Origin: Eledone cirrhosa
Lineage: Eukaryota
Reading direction: 5' to 3'
Length of the DNA stretch: 64,000 nt
NCBI GenBank assembly: GCA_964016885.1
Contig: OZ024742.1
Span: 264,120,001-264,184,000 of the forward strand
Shown here: positions 12,290 to 25,927 of the stretch, piece by piece
Numbering within the stretch: position 1 is the stretch's first letter
Layout of the letters: every line of letters starts with the position of its first letter
The notes under the pieces: model-generated
What the model saw: the letters and a program-made list of their open reading frames with translations, nothing else
Database searches by the model: none
Told to the model about the DNA's origin: nothing
Program-made: the position numbers and the translations under genes

Positions 12290-15200
12290 AAAAAGACAAC
12301 AACGACAGAAATATAAAAAACACTGACGTCACCACCATGACAACCGCAAACAACAACACAAAAACTGTTAAGAACAACATATTTTCAGCTACCGTTAAGG
12401 ATTCAAAGGAAATGATCACAATGAACTTAGAAAACAAGAATGTATATTTCACCCAAGCAGCCGCTCTAGCCAAGCGCCAAAAATAATGGTTAGACATAGT
12501 CGTCCCACCCGAGATGTTGGTTGGTGTCATTGGACAGAAAAAGTTGACGTACAGAACTGTGGAAAGCATATCCAGACGCCTACAGTTAGCACCACAGAAT
12601 GAATGCGAAAGAGCACAGAAAGGCATAATGCCTGACTAGGGCAAGACAATATACAATCATTTCAATGTTCTTTAAGAGCGAAAATCTAGCTATGAAACCC
12701 TCAGTGGTCGCCGTTCAAACGGACCAATTTATACTGTACCCTTCCTACCAAGGAAGAAGGATTGTAAGGGTAAAGGTTCCTGGCATCCCACCAGGTTATA
12801 ACATGTGGTGAATTCAAACCAGCGTCTTAGACGGAAAAAAAACTAACCCATCCTAGATGTAAATCACACCCGGACACAGAGTCTTCAGACACTAATTCTT
12901 CCTCATCTCCAAGGGAAGATGAAGGGGAACGCTAAAACCGCCCCCCCCCCCCCAAAAAAAAAGAGACAGAAAAAGAAAAATGCAAATAAAAAGACATTGA
13001 GAAAGAGGGGCAGATTTTTGGCAACTATACCTTCAAAGTACCCCAAACACTTCTGTTGGTGCGGATGCCAATAAACACCTACAAAAACATTAGTAAGATC
13101 TTCCCCATCAACCATGAAAGTCGAACCACCCAACCTTAACAAGGCCCCGGGAGGTAAGTAAATCTTTCCTTTCTCTTTTAGCCTGCCAACATGGCCTTCC
13201 TAAGAGTAGGAATTTGAAATGTTCGTGACCTGGTGTCGTCCTGGAAGTAGGGTCGCCTGCTTAACGACCACAGGTCAATTGATATGGATGTGACTGCCGT
13301 CAGCGAAACCAGGATTTCTGAGACGCGCGCATTAGCCCCTGTTTTCGACGACTAACAGATCTTCGCATATCGTAGTCGGTCGGGAATGGGAGGTGGGGTA
13401 GCAGTGCTGTTTAGGAAAGGCCTGGATCTCGAGGTAAGGTTCTATCTTCCTGGACTCGGACGGTAAGTTGGTGGTCCTGGGCGTGATAGTAGCAAGGTGG
13501 TGCCTTTAGACTGGTGGCCGTCTACGCTACGACCTGGCCGGACGGCCGCACTTCTTTAGGCGCCTGGAAATTATTCTAGGAACGTCTCGCCCTTTACTGT
13601 TAGTGGGGGGGTTGGAACGGCATCTTAGACGCATGCAGGGTTTGTGTGGGAGTACCTGATCAGCTAATTCCAACTGTCTGACATGTAACGACTATATTTC
13701 CCTAATGCACCAGTATGGAACTGGACCAATCGCTTAGGGTAGTCTACATCGTATATAGATAGGTTTTTTTATTAGGTCAATAGAAAAGGATAGTATAGGT
13801 TGTCCACACTTTCAAATGGTCGCCTATTCAGATCACAGGTTCGTGATCTGTATGGTCGACCTAAATAAGACACACAGATTAGCACCTGACGGGCTCGCAT
13901 GACAGAGGCGCAGCGTGGTATAAATACCCACAATTCTGTCTTTGACGGACCGAGATCAATGCGTGCGGAACGATTTCAGGCAGATATGTTACGCCTTTCG
14001 CCAGCGCTTTGCACAGCTGTTCAGGGCGAGCAGTGGGTCGGAATTCAGTCGCTACTTCATCGGCCTACTGCGTCCTTCCCCAGCCGATGCTGAGTGCTGC
14101 AATAGGCCGAAACCTTAAACCGAGATTCGGAATGCCCTAGTTGGATGCACGAGGCGTAAGTCACTCGGTTTGGATGGTCTGCACTACGAGATTTACTCGA
14201 TATGCTAGACTTATTCTCCGATCTCCTCGAAGGAAGCGTTCTACTACAACTGGCAGCAGAACGGGAGTACTCCCCGTTCTGTAAGCCGGGGTGTAGTGAT
14301 GCTGATAAGGAAAGATCTGAACAAGAAGGATATATTAGACAAAATCAGGCCCATAACTCTACTAAACACAAATTAAGATTTTGGCCAAGGTTTTAGCGAA
14401 GAGGTTGGCGCTTGTCGTCAAGCATTTGGTAGGGGAGGCGCAAACATGCGCAATCACGACCACCTCCATCTCATGTGATACATCATAGAGAGGGTAGGTT
14501 GTAAACCTGAATTCGATGGGGCTCTGATCAATTTAGATCAATCGAAAGCATTCGATGGGGGTCGACTATCGATACTTGGAAGGTATTCTCAAGTCAGTTG
14601 GCTTTGATCTCGTCTTTAAAGACTGGATCGCTGCAATGCTGAGTGATAACTGCTCGGTAGTCAAAGTTAATGGCCATCCTTTGAAAACATTTTAGATTGC
14701 GCGATTAGTCCACCAAGAGTGCTTTCTCTCCTCCCTTCTGTATATATTGATTCTCCAGTTTTTACTCCGGAAGCTGGAGCTGTTGCAGTGCATGCCACTC
14801 GAATCTGGGCGTGAAAAGGCTGTGACGGCATATGTGGACGACATTACCGTGATGGTGTCGAACACCGCGGAAATCTAGATGTTCGGCACCTTTTTGCAGG
14901 AATTTTAAAGGTTGACAGGAGCAATTCTAGATGCGCAAAAGTCAGTTGGCTTGTACTCAGCTCCTGGAGAGACAAGTCCATGCCGTTCAACAGCGTCGTC
15001 AGGCGCTGGACGGATGGATCGGCAGAGTTGCTCAGGGTCTAGTTCGGACAAAAACTCGGATGAGGTGACGCGCAGGGTAGTTCTCTCACCCAGAAATGGG
15101 CGGAAAGGATTCTGTCCCTGAAAGGTCGGACAGAGGTGATGAACAAGGTCATCATCGCACCCGTCATCTACTACCGCCTGACCTGACTGCACAGGAGGGT

Positions 15201-16140
15201 TTGTTTTTCGCATTTTGTGGAAGGGCCGCGCTCCGATAGTACAGCGCTACGTTGAGGACCGGGCATACCGTGGCTAATGATGCGTACACGTGCGCTGAGG
15301 TTTCGACGTCTCCAATTCTTCCCTGGCGGTGAACAGGTGTAGTCACCGTTTGCTAGACGCGTTTTTCCTCAGCCCATCTCCTTGACGGAGTTGCAGTCCT
15401 GGGTGAAGCGAAGACCGACAGGGAGCGTTTGGAAACTGGAATGTCTTCAGCCACTCACAGTGCTACTGAGGAGCTTTGCGAGTACAGGATAAACTTTACA
15501 GGCATAGAAGTGCCATCAGCCGGATTTGTCTGAGATTCGCGCAGGGCAACGAAACCGTCCAGAGTCCGAGCGCTGCTGACCTGTGGGTTTATGTCGAACA
15601 CATGCTGTCGCGTGTAGGATGGATCCAGCTATCAGCTGAGTTCACTGTGAAGATTGCCCCAGGGCCGGTAGTTTTTTATCTGCTTGGTGGCTATGGTGAA
15701 ATATGTCGTGTGATGGACAGTTCAGTAATTTCTGATCCAGCTGTTTGTTAAAAGTTATGTGAAGCCCTGATTAATATTTTCATATTTCAGAATGGAGAGG
15801 GAGGTGCTACCTTCTCAACAATTTGTTGAAAGATGGGTAAGAGAGGCGAGCATGGCCCAAGTGAATGGGCCTGCTCTGTATGCGCTTGTAGATTAGAGAT
15901 GGACAACTGGGAGAGCGCACTTACCCTGATGATAAGGCTCACCATTGCTTTTTTGTGGGCTTTCTCCACGAGTGACCATCGGAATTCTCCGGCCTATTGG
16001 TGAATTTTCGTTTGTTTCATTTTTGGGTTACATCCTTTGTTATTGTTTTATGTTTTGTTTTTATTTTTATACGAGAAACGGCCATTTATACCGTCCTGTG
16101 CTGTTCTTCGTGTTATGCTTTGTGTCGGCCTTGTAGGACG
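12290..16140 (+). mobile_element. Tx1/L1-like LINE (ORF1 remnant, APE, RT, C-terminal region), decayed
   Basis: APE motifs (AVSETR, GGGVAVLFRKG, YIDRF, SDHRFV at 13.3-13.85 kb). RT motifs (GLDGL, KILAKVLAKRL, LDQSKAFD, AYVDDITV at 14.15-14.9 kb). C-terminus resembles the 33.9-34.4 kb copy. Confidence 0.85.
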
Positions 16141-16179
16141 TCCTTTCTTGGGAGTTTGTAGGTGAACATTTCCACTCCT

Positions 16180-16806
16180 TTTTGTTTTGTTATCCCAATG
16201 ACTTCGATCACGACTGGTACGGTTTGGATAGTCATGTCCTCAAATAAATACTTCAATATATTGAAAATCTTTATTTACACAGTTTTTCCATGAACCTAAC
16301 TGATGTATTACTGTCTGCTGGTATTGACATATCAATCAGTATACAGGTTTTATTTTTATTGCTTTTAATTATCATGTCTGGTCTGTCTTCTTTGATTTCC
16401 ATATCTAACTGCGTTGGCATATCCCATCGGATAGTAACATAACCATACTTGGCGACTGTTTCTGGTTTGTGGTAATATCATTTATTAAGAACTTTAGTGT
16501 TACATTCCCGGAATATTTTGTAGTTATAGTGCGGAATTGTTCGATATACTCATGGGTTTCCAATATTGGGCAGCCAAAAATTATGTGGCTAAAGGTTTTC
16601 TCATAGGTTCCACATATCCCACACATTTTGCCTGTGCCCTCGTTAATGATGCGATGGAGGTATGAACTGGTGCTAAGAAGTTGATCTTGGGCAGTGATGA
16701 TAAAGCACTCTGTCTTTGCTTTGAGCATCATACCTTAGGGCCATTGATTTTTGTTTTGTTGTTGGTTAATATGTACCTCATTAAACCTTTGTGTGTATTT
16801 CACATG
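16180..16806 (-). mobile_element. R4/Dong-like C-terminal fragment
   Basis: LKAKTECFIITAQDQ, CGICG...HIIFGC, PDMII...CILIDMSIP. Confidence 0.8.
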
Positions 16807-16859
16807 CATAACTTTTAACAAACAGCTGGATCAGAACTTACTGAACTGAACGGTCTCCA

Positions 16860-17555
16860 TTCTGGGTGATGGAAAGCAGGAGACTGAATTAAATTGCTGA
16901 ATTGCAGGATCTGGTGCAGTAATGCGCGAGCTTCAGCATTCGGTAACTAGAAGAAGGGAGGTAGGTGTAAAAGCCAAACTCGCTATATTCAATTCGGTTT
17001 TCGTGCCAACCCTTTCCTATGGTCAGTCATGAATCTTGAGTAATGACCGAAAGAATACGATCAAGAATACAAGCGGCCGAAAAGAGGTTCCTCCGAAGGG
17101 TCTTTTGCGTAACGTTACTCGATAGAGTGCGGAGCTCAGAGATCAGAGAGTCGCTCCAGGTAGAACCGCTACTTCTCCGAATTGAGTGATGACAGCTCCG
17201 ATACTAAAGACATGTGGTTAGAATGTCCCAGGAAAGAATCACCGGGCCGATTTTAAGAGCAAGACCAACCATTAGGAGATCCAGGCGTAGAGCCCGAAAA
17301 AGATGGTTGGATAACATCTATGAGCTTGGTTGGCCTCTCTTGGGGATCCAGACGGATCAATTGGAGGCGGCTGCTTCTAACACGACCCGCTGTGGTGAAG
17401 AAGAAGAAGACGAAGAAGAAGAAGAAGAAGAAGAAGAAGAAGAAGAAGAAGAAGAAGAAGAAGAAGAAGAAGAAGAAGAAGAAGAAGAAGAAGAAGAAGA
17501 AGAAGAAGAAGAAGAAGAAGAAGAAGAAGAAGAAGAAGAAGAAGAAGAAGAAGAA
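16860..17555 (+). mobile_element. RTE-clade LINE 3' end with (GAA)n tail
   Basis: KAKLAIFNSVFVPTLSYG...IQAAEKRFLRR...HVVRMSQER...RWLDNI, followed by about 53 GAA units. Confidence 0.85.
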
Positions 17556-17574
17556 GGAAGAAGGAAGAAGGAAG

Positions 17575-18063
17575 AAGAAGCTGATGGCCAGTATGGCAGC
17601 AAATATTGACCAGAATTTATGATGACGTAGAAAAAGAAGAAGGAAGAAGGAAGAAGGAGGAAGGAGGAAGAAGCTGATGGCCAGTATGGCAGCAAATATT
17701 GACCAGAATTTATGATGACGTAGAAAAAGAAGAAGGAAGAAGGAAGAAGGAAGAAGGAAGAAGGAAGAAGGAGGAAGGAGGAAGAAGCTGATGGCCAGTA
17801 TGGCAGCAAATATTGACCAGAATTTATGATGACGTAGAAAAAGAAGAAGGAAGAAGGAAGAAGGAAGAAGGAAGAAGGAAGAAGGAGGAAGGAGGAAGAA
17901 GCTGATGGCCAGTATGGCAGCAAATATTGACCAGAATTTATGATGACGTAGAAAAAGAAGAAGGAAGAAGGAAGAAGGAAGAAGGAAGAAGGAGGAAGGA
18001 GGAAGAAGCTGATGGCCAGTATGGCAGCAAATATTGACCAGAATTTATGATGACGTAGAAAAA
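17575..18063. repeat. Five-copy minisatellite with an invariant ~60 bp core and variable GAAG spacer
   Basis: gaagaagctgatggccagtatggcagcaaatattgaccagaatttatgatgacgtagaaaaa occurs five times. Confidence 0.95.
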
Positions 18064-18350
18064 CAACAGCCAATAGCAAGACAAGAGAGGAAGATGTTTT
18101 TTGCAGATAACACCCCAGTGAGAAATTTTGTTCCGAAAGTATTGCATGTGTCCGAAGAACCTGCAGATCTAGAATCAGACAGATCCATACAATGATCCTG
18201 TCTCGAGCTATCTGCCGGCGAAACAATTGTAACACAATAAAGTCCAGATGCATCACTGATTTTTCGTTTTATATTATATCACACTCTGCTCTGTAAGAAC
18301 ATAGAGTGCTCAACTGGCATACCGCCTATGGAAGCATCATAGCTACCATT

Positions 18351-18431
<81 letters not shown>

Positions 18432-18559
18432 AAAGGACAATGTGCTGTGTGGTTACTAATAAAGCGTGTTTGGAAATGTAAGGGAAACACAAACGTAAGT
18501 TCAGTTGTCTGTTGTGGGTCTCATGTTTCGACGCATTAAAGACAATACAACTATCCACA

Positions 18560-19260
18560 GTGCTCTTGCAAAAAGCCAGAAACATGCCTGCTTCAACAAC
18601 ACATGCGCTTTAGTTTATGAAGCTGAAGTTACATCTACCCGAAGAAACCAACAACAGGAGGTCAAAACATATGGAGGTATGGTGGAGGGCCGGCTTAAAG
18701 AACGCTTCCTTAACCATTATATACCCGGAAAAATAATCTTCCACGAAGCTCGCAAGCCACATATGGTCACTCAATGACTACTCCAATCAATGGAAAGTTC
18801 TGACAGAATCTAGGCTATACGGAAATGGAAATATATCTTGTGAGCTGTGCATCGAGGAACGAATAAATATCCTGCAGGGATTATGTAACAGTGCCTGTCT
18901 AAATACAAGATCTGATTTCTATAATCGATGTCCACACGCAGCCAAGTACTTATTGCTGTAACTACAAGGACCCAGACTAATTCCATCCAGTATGGACTCA
19001 AACTATTTTAATCCAGAATGATCTCAATTTTCTCCCTTTCATCAGTTTAACTTGAGTTGTGGCCCTTGTCGATGACCTTGAGCATGAACAGCCAACTTCA
19101 TACTGACTTTTTCGGCTTCGAACCATAACTCGAATTGAAGATCCGCAAGGTGAAACGCGCGTGCACGAAAATGGTTTACTAACTGTTGTGGGACTAACTT
19201 CTACAGAACTCTGAGTGCTCTTCTTACTACGAATATAAGCTCCCAGTGTTCTACCATTAT
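18560..19260 (+). mobile_element. Penelope-like element 3' fragment (GIY-YIG plus 3' UTR)
   Basis: LVYEAEV...TYGGMVEGRLKERFLNH, KLASHIW, LNTRSDFYNRCPHAAKYLL. A degenerate HHR lies at about 19130-19170 (UUGAAGA-U-CC-GCAA-GG-U-GAAA-CGCGCGU). Ends at (TA)n. Confidence 0.8.
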
Positions 19261-19268
19261 ATACATAC

Positions 19269-19327
<59 letters not shown>

Positions 19328-19872
19328 AAATTTAGTACAGCATCAACAAAGCTTTTGTTGCAGCCAAGCTAACGAATGCACTCCCGGTGTACAGCTAAGC
19401 ACTCAATAGGGTATATTACCCGAGAGTTATAACATTACGTTTAGACAGCTTTGCAAATCGAATTCAGCGACCGATAGAAGGGTCGCAGTGACCATAGCGA
19501 CGAAAAAAACTGAACTCAGGAAAAGGTTTTTGTCTGACCTGGACCATCGCGTCTATATCATACACAACACATAATATATACCATATAATATACATCACAT
19601 ACAATATACATCTCCGCTATGTTTCTGTAAATCCGAAATCGACAAAATCCACTTGCAACAGTCTGCAAGTTAATGGTTTTTGAGGATAGAACCGTGGAGT
19701 TTACTTCGTCAACAAGTTTTTCGTTCTCGTCCGTCCGAGTGTGTGTTCTAGCAGTAAGCACTGCTAAAAGGCACATGGTTTTCCCAATATGTACATATCT
19801 ATGTATATATACATGTATATATGTTTGTGTATATATACATGTATATGTATATATGTTTATATATATACATTG

Positions 19873-19909
<37 letters not shown>

Positions 19910-19910
<1 letters not shown>

Positions 19911-21208
19911 TATCTGGCTCGTCCGACTAGGTATACCGGCATTTTATCTTTTCAGGAATCCTTCCTACACTCTAGTTGGGTTTGAATAGTTTTTAGGATT
20001 CCCAGTTCAGCAGCCAGTACGTTAAAGAAAATTGATAGTTTCAACAATAAAGGCTGAACAGAGAACACATTTTTAACAAACAATAATTTGTACAACCATA
20101 ATGGAAATTCCAAGTAACAGAAAATATTTAAATTACATTGTTAGAATCTCAGAGTATACAATATTTTTTTATTCGACCCTCCGGAGCAAAGATGGAGAGA
20201 TTGTTTGGCGAGCTCACCCTAGAGCATTCTACATACAATTGACCATGGGAGAATCACTGATCTCGTAGCTCGTCTCGCAGAGAAGCTCTGTAGACGTTGA
20301 CCTCTGGATACTCCTGTCAGGAGCAGGTAAGCTGTAGTGACTTAGAGGCCTACCACCAATCTCCAGGACACTGTTTTCAGGACAAATGAGCGCCTCATTG
20401 AAAACGACATCGTATGCTACGTTTGGATTGTGTCTGCGTGTGCGGTGGAGGATCTCCTCAGCTAGATTTTTCACGGTGTTTGTTCCACAGTGCGAGAGGG
20501 TCGGCGAGATCGCAGTTGTGCAGCAAAATAGCAAAAGGTTTTCGCAGCTGATAGGGACTTTAGCAGTTGCTGCTTCTTGCAGGGTGAGGTGCCAATGGCT
20601 GTCATCGTGTAACATATCACGCATCTGGCAAGCCAAATGGTAAGTGGAACATTAATGGTCATTGATGGTTCTCAGATCTTGGAAAGACTGTGGTCCTCTA
20701 ACCTCGAACAGTAACAATGACGATAAGCCGTCTGTGCTTTCGTGAAATAAATAGGTTTTTGTTTTTGTGTATGCAAAAATATCTGTACACGAATATATAT
20801 ATTAAAATAACAGATTAAAGTTTAAGCAAAGAATCGCTGCTTCCACCCTTAACGGGATCTTCTGAAACTTAAAAAATCAGTCTGTGAACGTAGAAGTAAA
20901 TATTTCGAAACACGTTATCTAATGCAGACAGTCAGACATACAGACTAAGAAAAAGAGGGGAATGTTGTGCGACGTCATAAGAAAAAGTGAGGAATGACGT
21001 ATAACCGGAACTATTGACATTTTAAATTTTAAAGAAGTGAATATTTAAATAATGCCTTTAACCTTTTAACAAAATTCAGTAAACAAAAAGACCCTCACTT
21101 TTTTACTTGGAAGAAGTTACATCTATGGTGCAAATTTGGTGCGGTTTGGTCCAACCATTTGGCGGAAAGTTTGTTACCTACATACGGCCGTCAGCTTTAT
21201 AGTATAGA
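19910..21208 (-). mobile_element. Internally deleted Helitron
   Basis: 20210-20720 translates to a Rep/Hel segment (LLFEVRGPQSFQDLRTI...WHLTLQEA...FNEALI) homologous to 10.1-10.5 kb. Putative 5' A|TC at 21208 and ATAG|T end at 19910; both ends are uncertain. Confidence 0.65.
20800..20915 (-). mobile_element. Fragment of the PLE 3' end family seen at 51.0 and 53.2 kb
   Basis: attaaaataacagattaaagtttaagcaaagaatcgctgc...gggatcttctgaaact is near-identical to 51037-51105. Confidence 0.85.
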
Positions 21209-21574
21209 TATGTATATGTAATTTAATGTAATAAAGAGCGATAATCACAGATTATATATACATATATGCGTTCAAATCATAAGGACCTAAATGATTTGAA
21301 CGTATATATGTATATATCTGTGTTTATCTCTCCTTATTATATTAAATTATATTATAAGGCTCAGAACATTTTCCCTTGGGCTAATTGTAAGGGACTACTC
21401 TGAGTTTCTAACTCAAAATAAACTTTTGACAAATGTCGAGTAAATCTGGCTGCTATTTTTAGTAACATACGTTTTACGAGACACGGTAGGTACTGAATGT
21501 CATGTGCGTTATTCTAAACACGCGCCTCATTTAGTCTTCTAAGAAAGCTAGAAGTGAAAGGTTTACTAATTTGT

Positions 21575-21651
21575 ACATCCACTGAAGAGCAATCGAATTG
21601 TGATTCCCTTCACTTGATGCGAAACAGTTTTACCAAAGACTGTCTGGATGT
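21575..21651 (+). ncRNA. Type I hammerhead ribozyme, canonical core
   Basis: ACAUCCA-CUGAAGA-GC..GC-GAAA-CAGUUUU..AAGACUG-UC|UGGAUGU, with a perfect 7-bp stem I and a GUC cleavage site. Confidence 0.9.
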
Positions 21652-21822
21652 TTGATAGTTACCACATACTATTTCTTAATTTATTCTTTTAATTGAGTCT
21701 GGCAAACCGTATTGTTCATAGTTAGTATTTTATTCACCCCAGCGGTTTAGGTCCCTTATGATTTGAACGTATATATGTATATATCTGTGTTTACCTCTCT
21801 TTATTATATTAAATTATATCAT

Positions 21823-22005
21823 CGGTGGATTGGCAGTATCGGTAGAGGATCGGACGTCATGCTTTGACGCATAGAGTTACGGCCCTTGCCATTCTGAGTT
21901 CAAATCCCGCCGAGGTTAACTTTGCTTTTCATCCTTACGGGGTCGATAAAATAAAGTACCAGTAATTCACTGAGTAATTGCTGGCCTTGTGCCAAAAGTA
22001 GAAAC
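21823..22005 (+). mobile_element. tRNA-derived SINE with TSD
   Basis: Family consensus motifs; flanked by aattatatc(a/g)t on both sides. Confidence 0.85.
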
Positions 22006-22099
22006 AATTATATCGTAAGGCTCAGAAAATGTTTTCCTTGAGCTATTTTAATTGTAAGGAACTACTACTCTGAGTTTCTTACTCAATATATACTTTTGA

Positions 22100-22132
<33 letters not shown>

Positions 22133-23028
22133 ATGTGTGTGTGTGTGTGTGTGTGCGTGTGTATAGAGGAAGGCGCACACATACACAACATACACACATG
22201 CACACATACACATATGCATATATATGCGTTCCTCTATACATACGCACAGACGCGCGCAGACACACACGCGCACCCCCACCCCCACATATATATATATATA
22301 CATACGTATATATGCGTATGTATGTACGTGTGCATGTGTGTATGTTGTGAGTGTGTGTGTGTATGTGTGTATGTGTGCACGCGCGCGTGTGTTTTTGTGT
22401 GTGTGTATAAAGGAAAAGTTTCTTTATGAGAGATTTTCATCTCTTAGTTTATTAGCCTATGAAGTTAATTATTTTGCCCCACATACACATGTGTGTGTAA
22501 GTATATACATATATAATGTTTGAGACATTAAACGTCACGGGGTTCATTCCTGTATCGCTAACTTCATAAAACACTCTTTGATAAACGATTTTTTAAAACA
22601 ATATCGACGGCTAACTTCTAGAAAAGAAGAGAAGAGTTGATAATAGTGACTCACTATTGTTTAACAGATGAATACTAAACAATTGCTTAGGAGTACTTTT
22701 AATCGTGTTAAAAGATATTTCATCACGATAAATCGTTACAAATTCTTTGATTCCGTTATTTTTTTTATTCCAAATAACCGTTATTCAATATTGTGCATTT
22801 CTTTGTTATACATTTCAACCATCCCGTTTCATACAAAGCCGGCTAGTCGGTCTTCTCCATTTCAGTACTTTCTTTCACTTCTTTGTTTTCATCCACAACT
22901 AATCAAACCAAACACTCAAATTACTTTAATATATAGAATAATTTTACCATATTGTCCGTTACGTTTTCTGGAAAATATTGAGAAGAAACTGCATGAACAT
23001 TGAAATTCTAAACAGTTTCAGCTTTATT

Positions 23029-23205
<177 letters not shown>

Positions 23206-23289
23206 AGCAAAGAGATATTTAATTTGCTGGTAATTCAACAAATTTATTTATAACATATTCGAAGCATTCGACAAATTTCCTGGAGTATT

Positions 23290-23926
<637 letters not shown>

Positions 23927-24142
23927 TATATTATATTATTTATATGTATATATATAGCATGGAAAACGAAAAATAAGTGATGCATCGGAACTTAATTTAT
24001 TGTGTGTTACAATTGTTTCCCACCGAAAAGCTCGAGGTGCGATCTGTGTGTCCGAGGAACCTAACTCTGGATTCACAGGTTCCTCGGACACGTCTATTGC
24101 TCAACCGGCATGCCAGCTATGGAAGCATCTTAGCTACTATTA

Positions 24143-24200
<58 letters not shown>

Positions 24201-24207
<7 letters not shown>

Positions 24208-24350
24208 AGATCAAAAGATGGTTAAAAGAGTTCCAAGTATTTTATTATGCGCATTTCAAAAACAAATATCATCATGGGATGATATTTGTTTTTGAAATGC
24301 GCATAATAAAATACTTGGAACTCTTTTAACCATCTTTTGATCTTATATTA
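24201..24350. repeat. 150 bp palindrome with 4-nt loop, carrying HHR 3' halves
   Basis: Arms 24201-24273 and 24278-24350 contain GAAAUGCGCAUA|AUAAAAUA, the same family as the HHR at 47.5 kb. Confidence 0.95.
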
Positions 24351-24449
24351 TTTATACTCCAGTCCTACAAACTGTAGAGTGCTACTTATCGGATATTTGC
24401 ATTGCTTTATTGTGCTACAATAAAACTCACCTCCTACATTATATATATA

Positions 24450-25927
24450 TAGGAAAATATTCAAGACCCCGACGGCAGAGCTCAAGCCGTTTCGACGGCT
24501 ATTTCTGGACTGAATCAGAATTTTTAGCGTGGTAATAAATAGCCGAACTTTTCGAGGGGTAATTCCTTATATGGGAAGATTGTAGTTGTCAAAAGAATTG
24601 GTCAAAATTTCTTGTAAACACAATTAAATATTTCATGGCGGTGGGTGGGAGGTGGGGTGGCTGAACTTGCCTGTAGAACAATGAGGGAGTGGGTGGAGCC
24701 GGTCAAGCGTTGAAAGTGAATTCCATACAGCAAATTCTAAGGAGTGTGTATGAAATTTGGCTAGCTAGAAAGCAGACGAAAAAGAATTCTGGAGGAATCT
24801 GAGTGTGGGAAGTTATAAAATTAAAAAGTTAATAAATTGAGATTAAAAAATTAAAAAATAATAAATAATGATAATAATAATATAAAAATAAATAAATAAA
24901 AAAAACAAAAAAACACTAGATTCTAAAGCAGCTGCTATATTTTTAGCTGGTATTGCGTTTTCGGCCAATTCTATATAGAATTTACTGGGGTGAGGATACT
25001 GAGGCTACAAAAGCCCGATTGGCTGCCTCAGAGTAGGCGAAAGAGAAAAAAGGAAAAGGAAGAGAAGAGGGAGTGGAAGGAAGTGAGAAGAAGAGATAAA
25101 GGGAAAGAAGAAAAGAAGTACATCTACTTATGTATGCTGGGGTTTCCCCTATCTTGCTCGGCAAGTGGGGAAAAGAAGTATGTTGCAGCCAGTGTCTACC
25201 CACCCGGGTCATGAGGGGGTTTGAGAGCGAGGTAGGTCCTAAGCAATCGGTGTTTACATGCAATTACAAGTTCGTCTTTTTTGTTTAGGAGTTGGTGCTT
25301 CGTAAACAGCATTTGTATTGTTTCCCCCGAGTATAAGTTACACGGGTGGCGTCCTCCCGTGTAGGATTTAGCTCTGGAAAGTAATCTCTAAGTAAGATGG
25401 TATGTGATGTTATTATCTTGGAGGACCCAGATGTGGCCCGAAAGTGTAGTGGCATGTCGCGGGACCGGGTTTCTGAACGTATGTCGGTGTTGGTAGAGCC
25501 GGGTATTAAAGTCACAAGCGGTTAATCCTATATAGGCTTTGTTTGGGTTTTCCGTCCTCATGTTGCATTGGTAGATCACGTTACGTTCTCGGCATCTGTT
25601 GTTGAGGGGGCACGTAGATCTATCAGGGCAGTTACACCTCCTGGTCGGCTCTCCACTAATGTCTTGGTTGTTTCTTCCATAGGCGTTGAGTTTCTTGTTG
25701 TTTGAGGAGGCGATGTTTTGTGCGAAGTTGGATGTGGTGCTGTAGGAGAGTTTGATAGTGTTTTTGTTTATTATGTTGTGGTAGCGGTGTTGTGGTTCGT
25801 AACGTGGTTCACCTCCCCCCTCCAATCCCGCGGTTGCAACACCAATCGGGAAAATCTTCTTTAGGCTCCTCGAAAAACACTTCCCACCACAACACCGCTA
25901 CCATAACATAATCAACAAAAACACTAT
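24450..25927 (-). mobile_element. Penelope-like element 3' part (GIY-YIG, CNC..CPL type) with 3' UTR HHR
   Basis: CNCPDRSTCPLNNRC..NVIYQC..AYIGLT..FNTRLYQH..TTLSGHIW. A short inverted duplication sits at its 5' break (25826-25927). Confidence 0.85.
24466..24560 (-). ncRNA. Type I HHR with variant core (UCGAAAA)
   Basis: ACCCC-UCGAAAA-G..CGGCUAUUU..AAAUAGCCG-UC-GAAA-CGGC..GCCG-UC|GGGGU. Confidence 0.7.

Larger units (their letters stand above)
21217..22099 (+). mobile_element. Non-coding HHR element (retrozyme/non-autonomous PLE-like) with 467 bp period and a 5' inverted segment
   Basis: 21291-21430 is repeated from 21758 (interrupted by a SINE). 21220-21280 is an inverted copy. Contains an HHR and ends at (TA)n. 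Confidence 0.75.

Noticed and set aside
17575-18063. CRISPR-like repeat-spacer array
   Set aside because: Spacers are low-complexity GAAG runs, the repeat is ~60 bp, there are no cas genes and the context is eukaryotic.
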